Shown here: in pieces, positions 55,655-64,000 of the stretch
Layout of the letters: every line of letters starts with the position of its first letter
Numbering within the stretch: position 1 is the first letter of the stretch
Assembly (NCBI GenBank): GCA_965243425.1
Contig: OZ251550.1
Location: forward strand, 446,579 to 510,578
Length of the DNA: 64,000 nucleotides
DNA from: Nitrospirales bacterium
GTDB lineage: Bacteria > Nitrospirota > Nitrospiria > Nitrospirales > UBA8639
Direction: 5' to 3'
Made by a program: the position numbers and the translations under genes
The notes under the pieces: model-generated
What the model saw: only the letters and a program-made list of their open reading frames with translations
Told to the model about the DNA's origin: nothing
Databases searched by the model: none

Positions 55655-56091
55655 GCGACCGGACTCCCCAATCCATAGAAAAATTCAATCGGCTGAAGGC
55701 CATTCTGCGCGAGATGTTCCAGCTTGACAGAGGGGACCTCGATTTCGGGTTGTACCGGATCATGAACCTGAAAGCGGCGGAAATCGAAGCGTTCCTTGAC
55801 CACGACCTGTTGCCGCAGGTGAAGACGGCGCTGGCGGGGAATACGACCGACAGGCTGGCCGAATGGGAGAAGGAACTGGCTCAGGCCCATGAACGGGCCC
55901 ACGACGTTGAAGAACGAATCAGGGAAACCGAGCCGACCCTGCGTCTGCGCGCGTACATCCTGTCCGTCACCCCGCCTGACATGATCGACGACGGTAGCCG
56001 TTCATCAAACGATTGGCACGGTGACGGCGTGTATTTCCTGAATCGACCCGATTGCCTGAAACAGGTGATTGCGCACGCATTGGGTTCATAG
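55651..56091 (+). pseudogene. N-terminal fragment resembling large fused restriction-modification / DNA methyltransferase proteins
   Basis: An ATGA overlap couples it to the HTH gene. FNRLKAILREMFQLDRGDLDFGLYRIMNLKAAEIEAFLDHDLLPQV matches N-termini I recall from proteins over 1000 aa with a methylase domain. Here the ORF ends after 146 aa in a repeat cluster. Confidence 0.4.
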
Positions 56092-56124
56092 GCTGTGGAT
56101 TCATAAGCCGTGCATGTTCATGGC

Positions 56125-56230
56125 GTGTCCTCCGGCATTCCGCCCTCTTCCGGCATTCCCCTCTTCTCCGCCATGCTCCCCTCCTCTGTCATTCTCCCTT
56201 CCTCTGTCATTCTGAGCGAAGCGAAGAATC
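56125..56230. repeat. Pyrimidine-rich half-site array ending in GTCATTCTGAGCGAAGCGAAGAATC (56206-56230)
   Basis: CCGGCATTCC.., CCGGCATTCCCC.., CTCTGTCATTCTCCCTTC, CTCTGTCATTCTGAGCG. This is the mirror orientation of the 15052-15213 array. Confidence 0.75.
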
Positions 56231-56335
56231 TGAATTCCCGTTGTCACTGGAATGACGGAAGAGAAATGGCGAACGAATTATCTTCTGGGAGAAGTTTATG
56301 TTGCGATCTTGACGAAAAATAGTTACGATCTGGAA

Positions 56336-57544
56336 ATGATTCACACATTTTCTGTATCAAATTACCACTCAATACGCGAGGAAGTTGTTCTCGACCTGCG
56401 CATTCCCGGAACGGCTCCCGACTTGCCGCGCTTCCGGCGTAGCGAGGCCAAGCCGGATATTCGGCTCCCTTCCGTCGTAGTGCTCATCGGACCCAACGGG
56501 TCGGGCAAGACGACGCTGCTCCGTGCCTTGCTTGCTGCCGCCAACCTTGCCTCATCCGCGCCGCCCTTCGCAAACAATCCAATCAAAACCGTCCTACCAT
56601 TCTTTTCTACAAAGACCAGAGAAGAACCAACACGTTTTTGCTTGGAAATCGAGGAAGATTGGCCTGAACAGGGTGAAACCCGGCAACTGTTCCGCTATGA
56701 GTTGGTCGTGGGACGAAATGACTTCGACTTCCAGGGTCATTCCATGCATTATGAAGCACTGTCATACTTCCCGAAGGGCCGGCCCCGCCGTCTTTTCGAG
56801 CGCCGCGGTACACAAGAACCCATATACGGTTCCAGCGAGATCGGACTCAAACCCAAAGATGAACGCCTCAAGGCAGTTCGATCGGACACCTCCGTGCTCG
56901 GCACGCTCTCCCTACTCAACGTGCCTCTGGCCAGGCGAATCGCAGGATCAATGGGAACGCTATTTTACTGGAGTAGCATTGAGTATCCCGGAAAATGGTC
57001 TATTCCACCCGAAGCAGCAATCCATAATTTCGATAACTATCCCAAGATAAAAGCTTGGTTCAAGGATCACATCCAATCCATTGATCTGGGAATTCAAGAC
57101 GTAGAGATTCGAGGCAACTTCGAGGGAAAGGAAGTATTCTTCAACCATCATGGACTCAATGTACCAGTTCCTCTGGATTTTGAATCCAGCGGGACGAAAC
57201 GTCTGTTTCATCTACTACCTCAGCTCTATGTTGGGCTCGACCGCGGGATTCCTATCGTCCTTGACGAGATTGACGGCGACCTGCACGTGGATATCGCCGG
57301 CGAAGTGCTGAACTGGTTCCGCTCCCTAAAAACGAATCCCCACGGCGCACAGCTTCTCGTTACCTCTCACAACGTCGGCCTGCTTGACGATCTGGAGAAG
57401 GAAGAGGTGTTCATCACGGAGAAGGACGGCAACGGCGCGACCCGCGTACACGGCGCCCAGGACGTGCGCGGCCTTCGCCGTGACGCCCGCCTCTATCCCA
57501 AGTATCGAGCGGGGGTGCTCGGCGGTCTCCCGAAGATCGGCTGA
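56336..57544 (+). CDS. AAA_15/AAA_21-type ATPase (AbiLi/RloA-like)
   Basis: Walker A LIGPNGSGKTTLL, Walker B-like VLDEIDGDLH, signature-like SSGTKRLF, and LLVTSHN. 402 aa from the ATG at 56336. Confidence 0.8.
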   Translation: MIHTFSVSNYHSIREEVVLDLRIPGTAPDLPRFRRSEAKPDIRLPSVVVLIGPNGSGKTTLLRALLAAANLASSAPPFANNPIKTVLPFFSTKTREEPTRFCLEIEEDWPEQGETRQLFRYELVVGRNDFDFQGHSMHYEALSYFPKGRPRRLFERRGTQEPIYGSSEIGLKPKDERLKAVRSDTSVLGTLSLLNVPLARRIAGSMGTLFYWSSIEYPGKWSIPPEAAIHNFDNYPKIKAWFKDHIQSIDLGIQDVEIRGNFEGKEVFFNHHGLNVPVPLDFESSGTKRLFHLLPQLYVGLDRGIPIVLDEIDGDLHVDIAGEVLNWFRSLKTNPHGAQLLVTSHNVGLLDDLEKEEVFITEKDGNGATRVHGAQDVRGLRRDARLYPKYRAGVLGGLPKIG

Positions 57545-57550
57545 GAAGCG

Positions 57551-58102
57551 ATGCCCCACCGCAGACCGCCGGTTAAGCCCAGACGAGTCATCTTCATCGG
57601 CGTCGAGGGAAAGAGCGACCGGGCCTTCGCGCGATTTCTGCAACGCTGTTGCGACCAAGCTGGCCTGCACCTGCATTTGGCCATCAAGACAGGACACGGC
57701 GGCGACTCTGTAGACGTCGTCAAGGAAACGATTCGCCACTTGACGAGACATTCCGACAAACGGGATATTAGCGCCAAGCTGGTGTTGCTGGACTCGGACC
57801 GCATTGAACAAGACCGGCAAGCCGGACGCGATGCCCAGGCCGTGGCGTCCGAATCCGGGTTGGAAATCATTTTTCAGAATCCGAATCTGGAAGGGCTGTT
57901 GCTCAGGCTGCACCAAGGACACGAGAATCGGCAAATCGCGGCGGGTGACTCAACGGCGGAACTTTGCAAGGTTTGGCCGGAGTACAGCAAGTCATCGCTG
58001 ACCGCGGATCAATTGACCGGGCGCTTCGACGTCTCCGACGTGCAGCGGGCGGCCCGGCACGATGACGAGTTGAGAACGCTGCTTGACATGCTCGGTCTGT
58101 GA
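57551..58102 (+). CDS. RloB-like (Toprim-related) protein
   Basis: VIFIGVEGKSDRAF ... VLLDSD ... IFQNPNLEGLLLRLH resembles the RloB pattern (EG..E, D.D, SNP.FE.W). It lies 6 nt after the ATPase gene. Confidence 0.6.
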   Translation: MPHRRPPVKPRRVIFIGVEGKSDRAFARFLQRCCDQAGLHLHLAIKTGHGGDSVDVVKETIRHLTRHSDKRDISAKLVLLDSDRIEQDRQAGRDAQAVASESGLEIIFQNPNLEGLLLRLHQGHENRQIAAGDSTAELCKVWPEYSKSSLTADQLTGRFDVSDVQRAARHDDELRTLLDMLGL

Positions 58103-58119
58103 GCCACCGGATTTGAACC

Positions 58120-59835
58120 ATGGGGACTTCTTACGAATTTGACGTGCTCGTGATGGGGGCCGGCTTGGCCGGGATGCGGGCCGCGTTGGCGGCACGTGAA
58201 GCCGGGGTGACCGTCGCGATCATCACGAAGGTGCATCCGGTTCGCAGCCATTCCAATGCGGCGCAGGGCGGCATTAACGCGGCACTTACCGACCGTGGGG
58301 ATCAATGGGAAGAGCACGCCTTCGAGACGATCAAAGGCAGCGATTATCTGGGCGACCAGGACGCCGTGGAAATTCTGGCCCGGGAAGCGGGCGCGGACAT
58401 CCTCGCCTTGGAACACATGGGGGTCATTTTTAATCGAAACGAGGACGGGCGGTTGGGCACCCGCCGTTTCGGTGGCCAGAAACGGGCACGGACGTTTTTT
58501 GTGTCGGATTTTACCGGCCAAGCCATGTTGCACGTACTGTATGAGCAAATTCTGAAAGCCCGCCTGCCGGTGTTCGAGGAATGGTTCGTCACGGCGTTGG
58601 TCAAGGACGACGAAGGACGTTGTGCGGGAGTCACGGCGCTTGAATTGCGAACCGGACAATTCGTGTTCATCAAGGCGAAGGCCGTCATCATGGCCGCCGG
58701 CGGCGTGGGGCGCGTCTTCGAGCCGAGCACCAATGCCTTAATCTGCACCGGCGACGGGCTTGCCATGGCCTACCGGGCCGGGGCCCCTCTCATGGACATG
58801 GAAATGGTGCAGTATCATCCGACGACCCTGAAAGGCAAGGGGTTGCTCCTGAGTGAAGCGGCACGAGGCGAAGGCGCGTATTTGCTGAATAAGAACGGCG
58901 AACGCTTCATGGAGAGCTATGCGCCGAACATGATGGAGTTGGCCTCGCGGGACGTGGTATCCCGGGCGGAGCAAACGGAAATCAATGAAGGCCGCGACGT
59001 TGACGGGTGCGTGTTGCTGGATTGTCGCCATTTAGGGAAAGACGTGATTCACGATCGTTTGAGCCAGATTTTTGAGGAAGCAAAGTCGTTTGCCAACGTT
59101 GATTTAACCAAGGAACCGATTCCGATTTGCCCGGGCATGCACTACATGATGGGCGGGGTGAAGACGGACGTCGATGGACGGTGCTGGGCTCTCGACGGCT
59201 CATGGGGTGGAGTCCAGGGACTCTTTGCCGCCGGGGAGGCCGCGTGCGTGAGCTTGCACGGAGGCAATCGGCTGGGAGCCAATTCCTTGTTGGAGACGGT
59301 CGTGTTCGGTCGCCGGGCCGGACGTTGTGCCGGAGTCTACGTGAACACTCAACCGCACCCGCGAGTTTCTGAGACCATCGTCAAGCAGGAAGAAGACGCC
59401 GTCAAAGCCATCCTGGCCCGACCGCAGACCACTGATACCGCTGCCGCGATTCGTCACGAGATGGGCGTGACTATGAATGAGGGCTTCGGCGTGTTTCGTC
59501 ATCAAGAAGGGATGACCCTCGCGCAACGGACCGTGGCCGACCTCCGCGACCGATGGAACCGCGTGGCCGTTCAGGACAAGGGACGCATCTTTAACACCGG
59601 CCTCGTTCGTGCGATAGAACTGGGCTTTATGCTGGATTGTGCCGAAACCATTGCGCTGGGCGCCCTGACGCGCCAAGAAAGTCGGGGCGCTCATTTTCGA
59701 ACGGATTACCTCCAACGTGACGACGAACAGTGGTTGCAACACGTTCTGATTTATCATAATCCCGACGGCCCCCCGCGAATCGACTTTCTCCCCGTTCGGA
59801 TTACTCAATGGGAACCGCAAATTCGGGTGTACTGA
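58120..59835 (+). CDS. sdhA: Succinate dehydrogenase / fumarate reductase flavoprotein subunit
   Basis: FAD motif DVLVMGAGLAGMRAAL, histidyl-FAD region SHSNAAQGGINAA, and the blocks HPTT, GGNRLGANSLLE and RGAHFR. Confidence 0.93.
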   Translation: MGTSYEFDVLVMGAGLAGMRAALAAREAGVTVAIITKVHPVRSHSNAAQGGINAALTDRGDQWEEHAFETIKGSDYLGDQDAVEILAREAGADILALEHMGVIFNRNEDGRLGTRRFGGQKRARTFFVSDFTGQAMLHVLYEQILKARLPVFEEWFVTALVKDDEGRCAGVTALELRTGQFVFIKAKAVIMAAGGVGRVFEPSTNALICTGDGLAMAYRAGAPLMDMEMVQYHPTTLKGKGLLLSEAARGEGAYLLNKNGERFMESYAPNMMELASRDVVSRAEQTEINEGRDVDGCVLLDCRHLGKDVIHDRLSQIFEEAKSFANVDLTKEPIPICPGMHYMMGGVKTDVDGRCWALDGSWGGVQGLFAAGEAACVSLHGGNRLGANSLLETVVFGRRAGRCAGVYVNTQPHPRVSETIVKQEEDAVKAILARPQTTDTAAAIRHEMGVTMNEGFGVFRHQEGMTLAQRTVADLRDRWNRVAVQDKGRIFNTGLVRAIELGFMLDCAETIALGALTRQESRGAHFRTDYLQRDDEQWLQHVLIYHNPDGPPRIDFLPVRITQWEPQIRVY

Positions 59836-60794
59836 TGGGCACCACGTTTCGCATTCGCCGCTTTGATCCGGAATCGGCAGCCCCTGCGCCGTATTTCCAG
59901 GAGTACGTCATTGACACCGATCCGTCCGATACGATTCTCGACGGGCTTATCAAAATCCGGGAAACCGTTGATGAATCGCTGACCCTGCGATGTTCGTGTC
60001 GAGGAGCCATCTGCGGGTCCTGCGGCATGCGGATCAACGGCCACGCCGCCTTGGCGTGCAAAACCAAAGTGGCGGCATCGACCGCCTCAAGCCCCACGGT
60101 CCGCGTCGAGCCCATGACCAACATGCCCGTGATTAAAGACCTGGTGACGGACATGACCGGATTCTGGGAAAAAGTCCGTCAGGTGCAGCCTTGGCTCCAG
60201 CCGGCGGGCGTGGAACCCGAAGGCGAGTATCTGGCGTCTCCCGAATCCATGAGTCGCCTGACCGGCGTCATGGGGTGCATCATGTGCGGCGCGTGCGTGT
60301 CGGACTGTGCGGCGTTGGAAGTAGACTCCCGTTTCGTTGGGCCGGCGGCATTGGCCAAGGCCTATCGGTTTGTGGCTGATCCGCGGGACGGCGCACGTGC
60401 CTCGCGTCTTCTGTCCCTGAATGAACCGGGCGGGATGTGGGACTGCACGCGCTGCATGGAATGTCTTGAAGTGTGCCCGAAAGGCGTAGGGGCCATGGAC
60501 CGCATCATGACGCTTCGCGCCAACGGAATTGACCAGGGCGTGCCGTCCACCCGTGGCTCACGACACGCCGAAGTCTTTGCGGATCTTATTGAGCAAAAAG
60601 GACGATTGGATGAGCCGATGTTGGCCGTTCGCACGTTCGGGCTCAGGCACGTCGGGGGTCTGTTGTCCTTTCTTCCCATGACCCTTCGGGCCTTGGTCCG
60701 AAGAAAGGTGCCCAAGGCCGGGCCGTTTCATCGACCGATACCCGGCATTGCACGCATTCGCCGATTGTTTCAACGAAGCAAGGAGACGCCATGA
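59835..60794 (+). CDS. sdhB: Succinate dehydrogenase / fumarate reductase iron-sulfur subunit
   Basis: TGATG overlap with sdhA. Cys clusters CRGAICGSCGMRING, CIMCGACVSDC and CTRCMECLEVCP. Confidence 0.9.
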   Translation: MGTTFRIRRFDPESAAPAPYFQEYVIDTDPSDTILDGLIKIRETVDESLTLRCSCRGAICGSCGMRINGHAALACKTKVAASTASSPTVRVEPMTNMPVIKDLVTDMTGFWEKVRQVQPWLQPAGVEPEGEYLASPESMSRLTGVMGCIMCGACVSDCAALEVDSRFVGPAALAKAYRFVADPRDGARASRLLSLNEPGGMWDCTRCMECLEVCPKGVGAMDRIMTLRANGIDQGVPSTRGSRHAEVFADLIEQKGRLDEPMLAVRTFGLRHVGGLLSFLPMTLRALVRRKVPKAGPFHRPIPGIARIRRLFQRSKETP

Positions 60795-61672
60795 CCTACG
60801 CCTTTTTCCCGGGATGCGTCTCAAAAGGCGGCTGTCCCGAACTGTATCAATCCGTAATGCAGGTCTATCCGCAATTAGGGATTGATCTGGAAGAAATGAC
60901 CACGGCGGCGTGTACGGGGGCCGGCGTGTTGCAGGAGAAAGACCTGCGCCTGGGCGATCTCTTGAACGCCCATACGTTGGCCCTGGCCGAACGGCAGGGT
61001 CTGCCCATCATGACCATTTGCAGCACCTGCCAAGGCGTGATGAGTCAGGCCAATCATCGGCTGAGAACGAATTCGGACTATCTGGCCGAAATCAATCAGG
61101 CGTTAGGAGAAGAGGGACTCACCTATCACGGCACCACGACGGTGAAACATTTTGTGTGGATTCTTCTAGAAGACGTGGGGGAGGAAACGATTCGACAATC
61201 ACTCAAGCGCCCTCTCACCGGGTTGCGCGCGGCCCCGTTTTACGGATGCTACTTACAGCGGCCGAGCGAGGCACTTGGATTTGACGAGCAGCCGTCCCGC
61301 GCCGAATCATTGGAAACGGTGATGACCTTGCTCGGAGCGGAAGTCGTGGATTTTCCCGGCAAGAGCCGGTGTTGTGGGTTCCCCCTGTTGACCATCAATC
61401 AATCCAACTCCATGCAGATGGTGGCCAATCATACCACCGAGGCCAAAACCCATGGGGCCGACGTGATGGTGACTCCCTGCCCGTTGTGCCACCTGAACCT
61501 TGACGGGCTTCAATCCACCGCCGCCGGCCAGACGAACAGGGACATCCATCTGCCGATTTTCCATCTCCCGCAATTCCTCGGGCTCGCCATGGGAATGGCG
61601 CCGAAGGCCCTCGGCCTGGACCGCAATCTCGTGTCAACGAGGGCGGTGTTAGAAAAACTCAACGTGGCGTAA
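60791..61672 (+). CDS. CCG-domain (heterodisulfide reductase B-like) subunit, probable third subunit of a type-E succinate:quinone oxidoreductase
   Basis: Two Cys-rich CCG-type domains (FFPGC...C..STCQG; YGCY...CCGFP...PCPLCH). ATGA overlap with sdhB. Confidence 0.8.
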   Translation: MTYAFFPGCVSKGGCPELYQSVMQVYPQLGIDLEEMTTAACTGAGVLQEKDLRLGDLLNAHTLALAERQGLPIMTICSTCQGVMSQANHRLRTNSDYLAEINQALGEEGLTYHGTTTVKHFVWILLEDVGEETIRQSLKRPLTGLRAAPFYGCYLQRPSEALGFDEQPSRAESLETVMTLLGAEVVDFPGKSRCCGFPLLTINQSNSMQMVANHTTEAKTHGADVMVTPCPLCHLNLDGLQSTAAGQTNRDIHLPIFHLPQFLGLAMGMAPKALGLDRNLVSTRAVLEKLNVA

Positions 61673-61689
61673 CCACGCGCAGACGGCTC

Positions 61690-61950
61690 CCCTCCGTCCT
61701 TCCCGCGCACGCGGGAATCCAGCTCCCGGAGAGCACGCCGGGGCCGATCTCAAATTGATCCTTCTCCCGTGCATGCGTGAATTCAGCCCCTCTGTCATTC
61801 TGAGCGAAGCGAAGAATCCCTCATCCCCGCGCACACGGGAATACAGCTCCTACGAAATTTCTTTGGAGACCTGACCTGTAGGGGCCGCGTCTCACGCGGC
61901 CTGTCCCGCAGACGGCTCCCCTCTGTCATTCCCGCGAAGGCGGGAATCCA
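61690..61950. repeat. Cluster of palindromic repeat elements
   Basis: Hairpins of the ATTCCC-N8-GGGAAT type (CTTCCCGCGCACGCGGGAATCC, CATCCCCGCGCACACGGGAATAC, CATTCCCGCGAAGGCGGGAATCC). Also GTCATTCTGAGCGAAGCGAAGAATC at 61794-61818 and GGCCGCGTCTCACGCGGCC at 61883-61901. Confidence 0.85.
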
Positions 61951-61954
61951 GTTC

Positions 61955-62344
61955 CTACGAAATTTCTTTAGAGACGGTCTTAAAATAGGCCAAGAGGTCA
62001 CGCACGGAAATAATACCGACGATGTTCCCCTCCTCGGTCACGGCCAAGTGACGAATGCGTTTGGAGGCCATGAAATCTCTGGCATAGTGGGGCGACAGCT
62101 TCTTCTCCACGCTCAGAATGGGGCTGGACATCACCTGAGCGACGGAAATCCCACGCACGTCATCGTATTCAGCCACGGCCCGGACAACGTCCGTCTCCGT
62201 AATAATTCCGCAAAAGTCCTCCCCTCTTTTCACCAATAACGATCCGATGCGTTCGGCCTGCATGTGTCCGGCAGCCTGTTTCAGCGTGACATCCTCCGTA
62301 ATGACGCTCAGGTCGCGGTTCATCAATTGTCCGACGGTCGCCAT
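61955..62344 (-). CDS. CBS domain pair protein
   Basis: ATG at 62344 after AAAGGAGAGGAACGAT. Two CBS motifs (VGQLMNRDLSVITEDVTLKQAA...GIITETDVV; VAQVMSSPILSVE...IRHLAVTEEGNIVGIISVRDLL). Confidence 0.88.
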   Translation of the reverse strand: MATVGQLMNRDLSVITEDVTLKQAAGHMQAERIGSLLVKRGEDFCGIITETDVVRAVAEYDDVRGISVAQVMSSPILSVEKKLSPHYARDFMASKRIRHLAVTEEGNIVGIISVRDLLAYFKTVSKEIS

Positions 62345-62683
62345 ATCGTTCCTCTCCTTTTTCTGAGGCAAGAGGTGGTCGGGAATCAAGTGGACGTATT
62401 CTAGGAGGAACAGCACCGACATGCAAGAAAGCGAGATTCTACCCGCAACCTGAACCCACTCCCGAAATAGTGGTGAGTGGCTAGGCCGTGTTGATGAATT
62501 CGAGAGACAGGTTCTCCACCGATACTCTTTTTCAGAGCACGCTCAGGGCGTTCCGTCTCCTCATCTCGGATGCCGTCTGGGCCGAAGTCGAACCGGGTCT
62601 GCGTGCCCTCACCCACGCCGCCGGGAGCCCCCGGGCCTCAGCGGGGGGCGCTGGGGAGTGAGGCGGTCAGTCGTCACCCCGGG

Positions 62684-64000
62684 CTAGAACGACCAGGTGA
62701 GGCCGAGGTAGCCCAGGGCCCGCCAGGCGTCTTCCGTGGTCAGGGCCCCGTCGAAGCTGCCGACCAGGGTCATGGCCTCCGCCACCGGCACCGTCATCCC
62801 GAGCCCTGCGGTCCCGGTGATGACCCCGGCGTCGCCGCCGGCGTCATAGCTGACCATCTTGCCGCTGTCCACTACCCCGATCTCCGATCCCGCCAGCAGA
62901 TAGCGGCCTTCCACCCCCACGCGCGGAGTGATCCGTCCTCCGTCGGCCAACGCGAACGGGATGCCCACTTCGGCTCGCGCTTCCACCAGGTGCAGCGTTC
63001 GCTCTGCGAACTGCATGTCCCACCCCGTCATCTGCCCGCGCTCCTGGAAGCCCTCGGTGAACATCCCGGCATACCGCACCCGCACCCGGGGCCGTGCCTC
63101 CAGCGTGTCCGTCAAGGTCAGGGTGGCGGCCATCCCCACCTCCGGCGAGAAGAAGACCGACGAATAGTTCCCCTCTGGGGTATCGACGCCAGGGATGGTG
63201 CGGGTGGAATCGTGGGTCAGGCTCCCGACCAGCAGCCGGGCGTCATAGAGGACGTCGCCGAGCGCCCGCGACGCGGCAAGCCCGAAGAAGAGCGTCTGCA
63301 TGTCCACGTCCGTGGTCTGGTTCCCCTGGTACTTGCCCCCGGCAAGCTGCCCCACCGACCCCCCGATGAAGCCGCCCACGCGCACGTCCTTGGCCCCCCA
63401 ACTCATTCCGAGCATGCCCCCGCCGAAGTAGTGGGTGGCGTTCGCCACGTCGCCCCTGCCGTTCTGATCCCGCGCCCCCCCGAACGGCGCGGCCCAGACG
63501 ACCCGCCCGCCCGCCGGGTCCCCGCGTCTCAGGACGGTCTCCGTGTCCATGACCGCCCCGTGAATGCTTCCCGTCAGGTCGGACAGCATGTCGTCGGTCA
63601 GCGCAAAGGTTGTGGTATCCGGTTTCCCACACACTTTTCTCGTACAGATCATATCAGGCTCCTCGTCGTCCCGCTGCCGCTGCCGCCCTAGGATGTTGAG
63701 CGAATCCGGCTCTACCCCACCACCGCTCTCATTAGCGTACTCAAAGACGTTGGCCATGCGATCGGCGTCGTCCAAATTCCTCGGGTCTATGGGGTCCGCG
63801 CCGCTCAAGCCGGAGATTTTCCCGACCCATCTCGCGCCCCGCAGAAACGTCAGACTGTCTAGGGCGTCCTTTCCCCCCACGAATCTAAAGGCTTCGCCCG
63901 CCGGTCCGTCCGTGCTGCGAATCGTGCCGCCAGCGGTCACCGTGCTGCCCGGCCCGACGCGTATCCCTGTCTTGCCATGAATCGTGCCGCGGTTCACAAA
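62684..64000 (-). CDS. Autotransporter, C-terminal beta-barrel translocator domain (5' end outside window)
   Basis: Gly/aromatic alternating strands ending in ALGYLGLTWSF. The upstream part has passenger-like Gly-rich repeats. The ORF is open at the window edge. Confidence 0.8.
   Translation of the reverse strand, partial: FVNRGTIHGKTGIRVGPGSTVTAGGTIRSTDGPAGEAFRFVGGKDALDSLTFLRGARWVGKISGLSGADPIDPRNLDDADRMANVFEYANESGGGVEPDSLNILGRQRQRDDEEPDMICTRKVCGKPDTTTFALTDDMLSDLTGSIHGAVMDTETVLRRGDPAGGRVVWAAPFGGARDQNGRGDVANATHYFGGGMLGMSWGAKDVRVGGFIGGSVGQLAGGKYQGNQTTDVDMQTLFFGLAASRALGDVLYDARLLVGSLTHDSTRTIPGVDTPEGNYSSVFFSPEVGMAATLTLTDTLEARPRVRVRYAGMFTEGFQERGQMTGWDMQFAERTLHLVEARAEVGIPFALADGGRITPRVGVEGRYLLAGSEIGVVDSGKMVSYDAGGDAGVITGTAGLGMTVPVAEAMTLVGSFDGALTTEDAWRALGYLGLTWSF

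Noticed and set aside
58120-61672. sdh/frd operon with a CCG-domain subunit, considered as a novelty
   Set aside because: This three-gene layout (flavoprotein, Fe-S subunit, heterodisulfide-reductase-B-like subunit) is the known type-E succinate:quinone oxidoreductase arrangement. It is ordinary core metabolism.
1-64000. tRNA, rRNA, tmRNA or other classical RNA genes, especially at island borders (38.9 kb, 46.3-46.7 kb, 24.1 kb, 58.1 kb)
   Set aside because: Visual scanning of intergenic regions found no T-loop-like GGTTCGAATCC/GGTTCAAATCC motifs or cloverleaf-compatible arms. A covariance-model scan would be needed to be certain.

Overview
High-GC bacterial chromosomal window; spot counts of 60-nt lines give about 60-67% GC in core genes. 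All family assignments below come from reading motifs in the supplied translations and from recall. No database search was possible.

Backbone genes:
- MscS-type channel, 2OG-Fe(II) oxygenase, DUF819 membrane protein, di-haem cytochrome c peroxidase
- dapF, polA, citrate synthase, dtd, murJ
- TerB-like protein, membrane-fused spermidine-synthase-like protein, NCS2 permease
- ruvA, yebC, fmt, rsmA, ftsK, lolA, HAD phosphatase, msrB, rpmB, recG
- a succinate dehydrogenase/fumarate reductase operon with a CCG-domain third subunit
- a CBS protein and a partial autotransporter

Intergenic space is unusually crowded with at least five families of short palindromic repeats. They form composite clusters, tandem half-site arrays and higher-order arrays, and some copies sit in frame inside genes (recG, ftsK, lolA, ruvA).

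Accessory content:
1. 39.0-46.3 kb: a compositionally deviant, tightly packed six-gene minus-strand operon. Its order is ParB-like, PD-(D/E)xK nuclease, SNF2 helicase, second ParB-like, B12-type radical SAM, GHKL/MORC-like ATPase. It matches no named defence or DNA-modification system that I know and is my main candidate for a new system.
2. 24.1-28.1 kb: a decayed islet with an internally deleted IS4-family transposase, an orphan antitoxin-like gene and a restriction endonuclease fragment.
3. 51.6-58.1 kb: a patch holding toxin-truncated vapBC remnants that bracket a haem-oxygenase-like diiron oxidase plus methyltransferase pair. It also holds a DUF4160/DUF2442 pair, an HTH gene with a methyltransferase N-terminal fragment, and an AbiL-like AAA ATPase + RloB pair.
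4. 10.7-11.7 kb: a roughly 1-kb IS with 49-bp terminal inverted repeats and a frameshifted transposase, sitting inside a repeat cluster.
5. higBA next to an AlbA_2/HATPase_c_4-type protein.

I recognised no rRNA, tRNA or CRISPR array.
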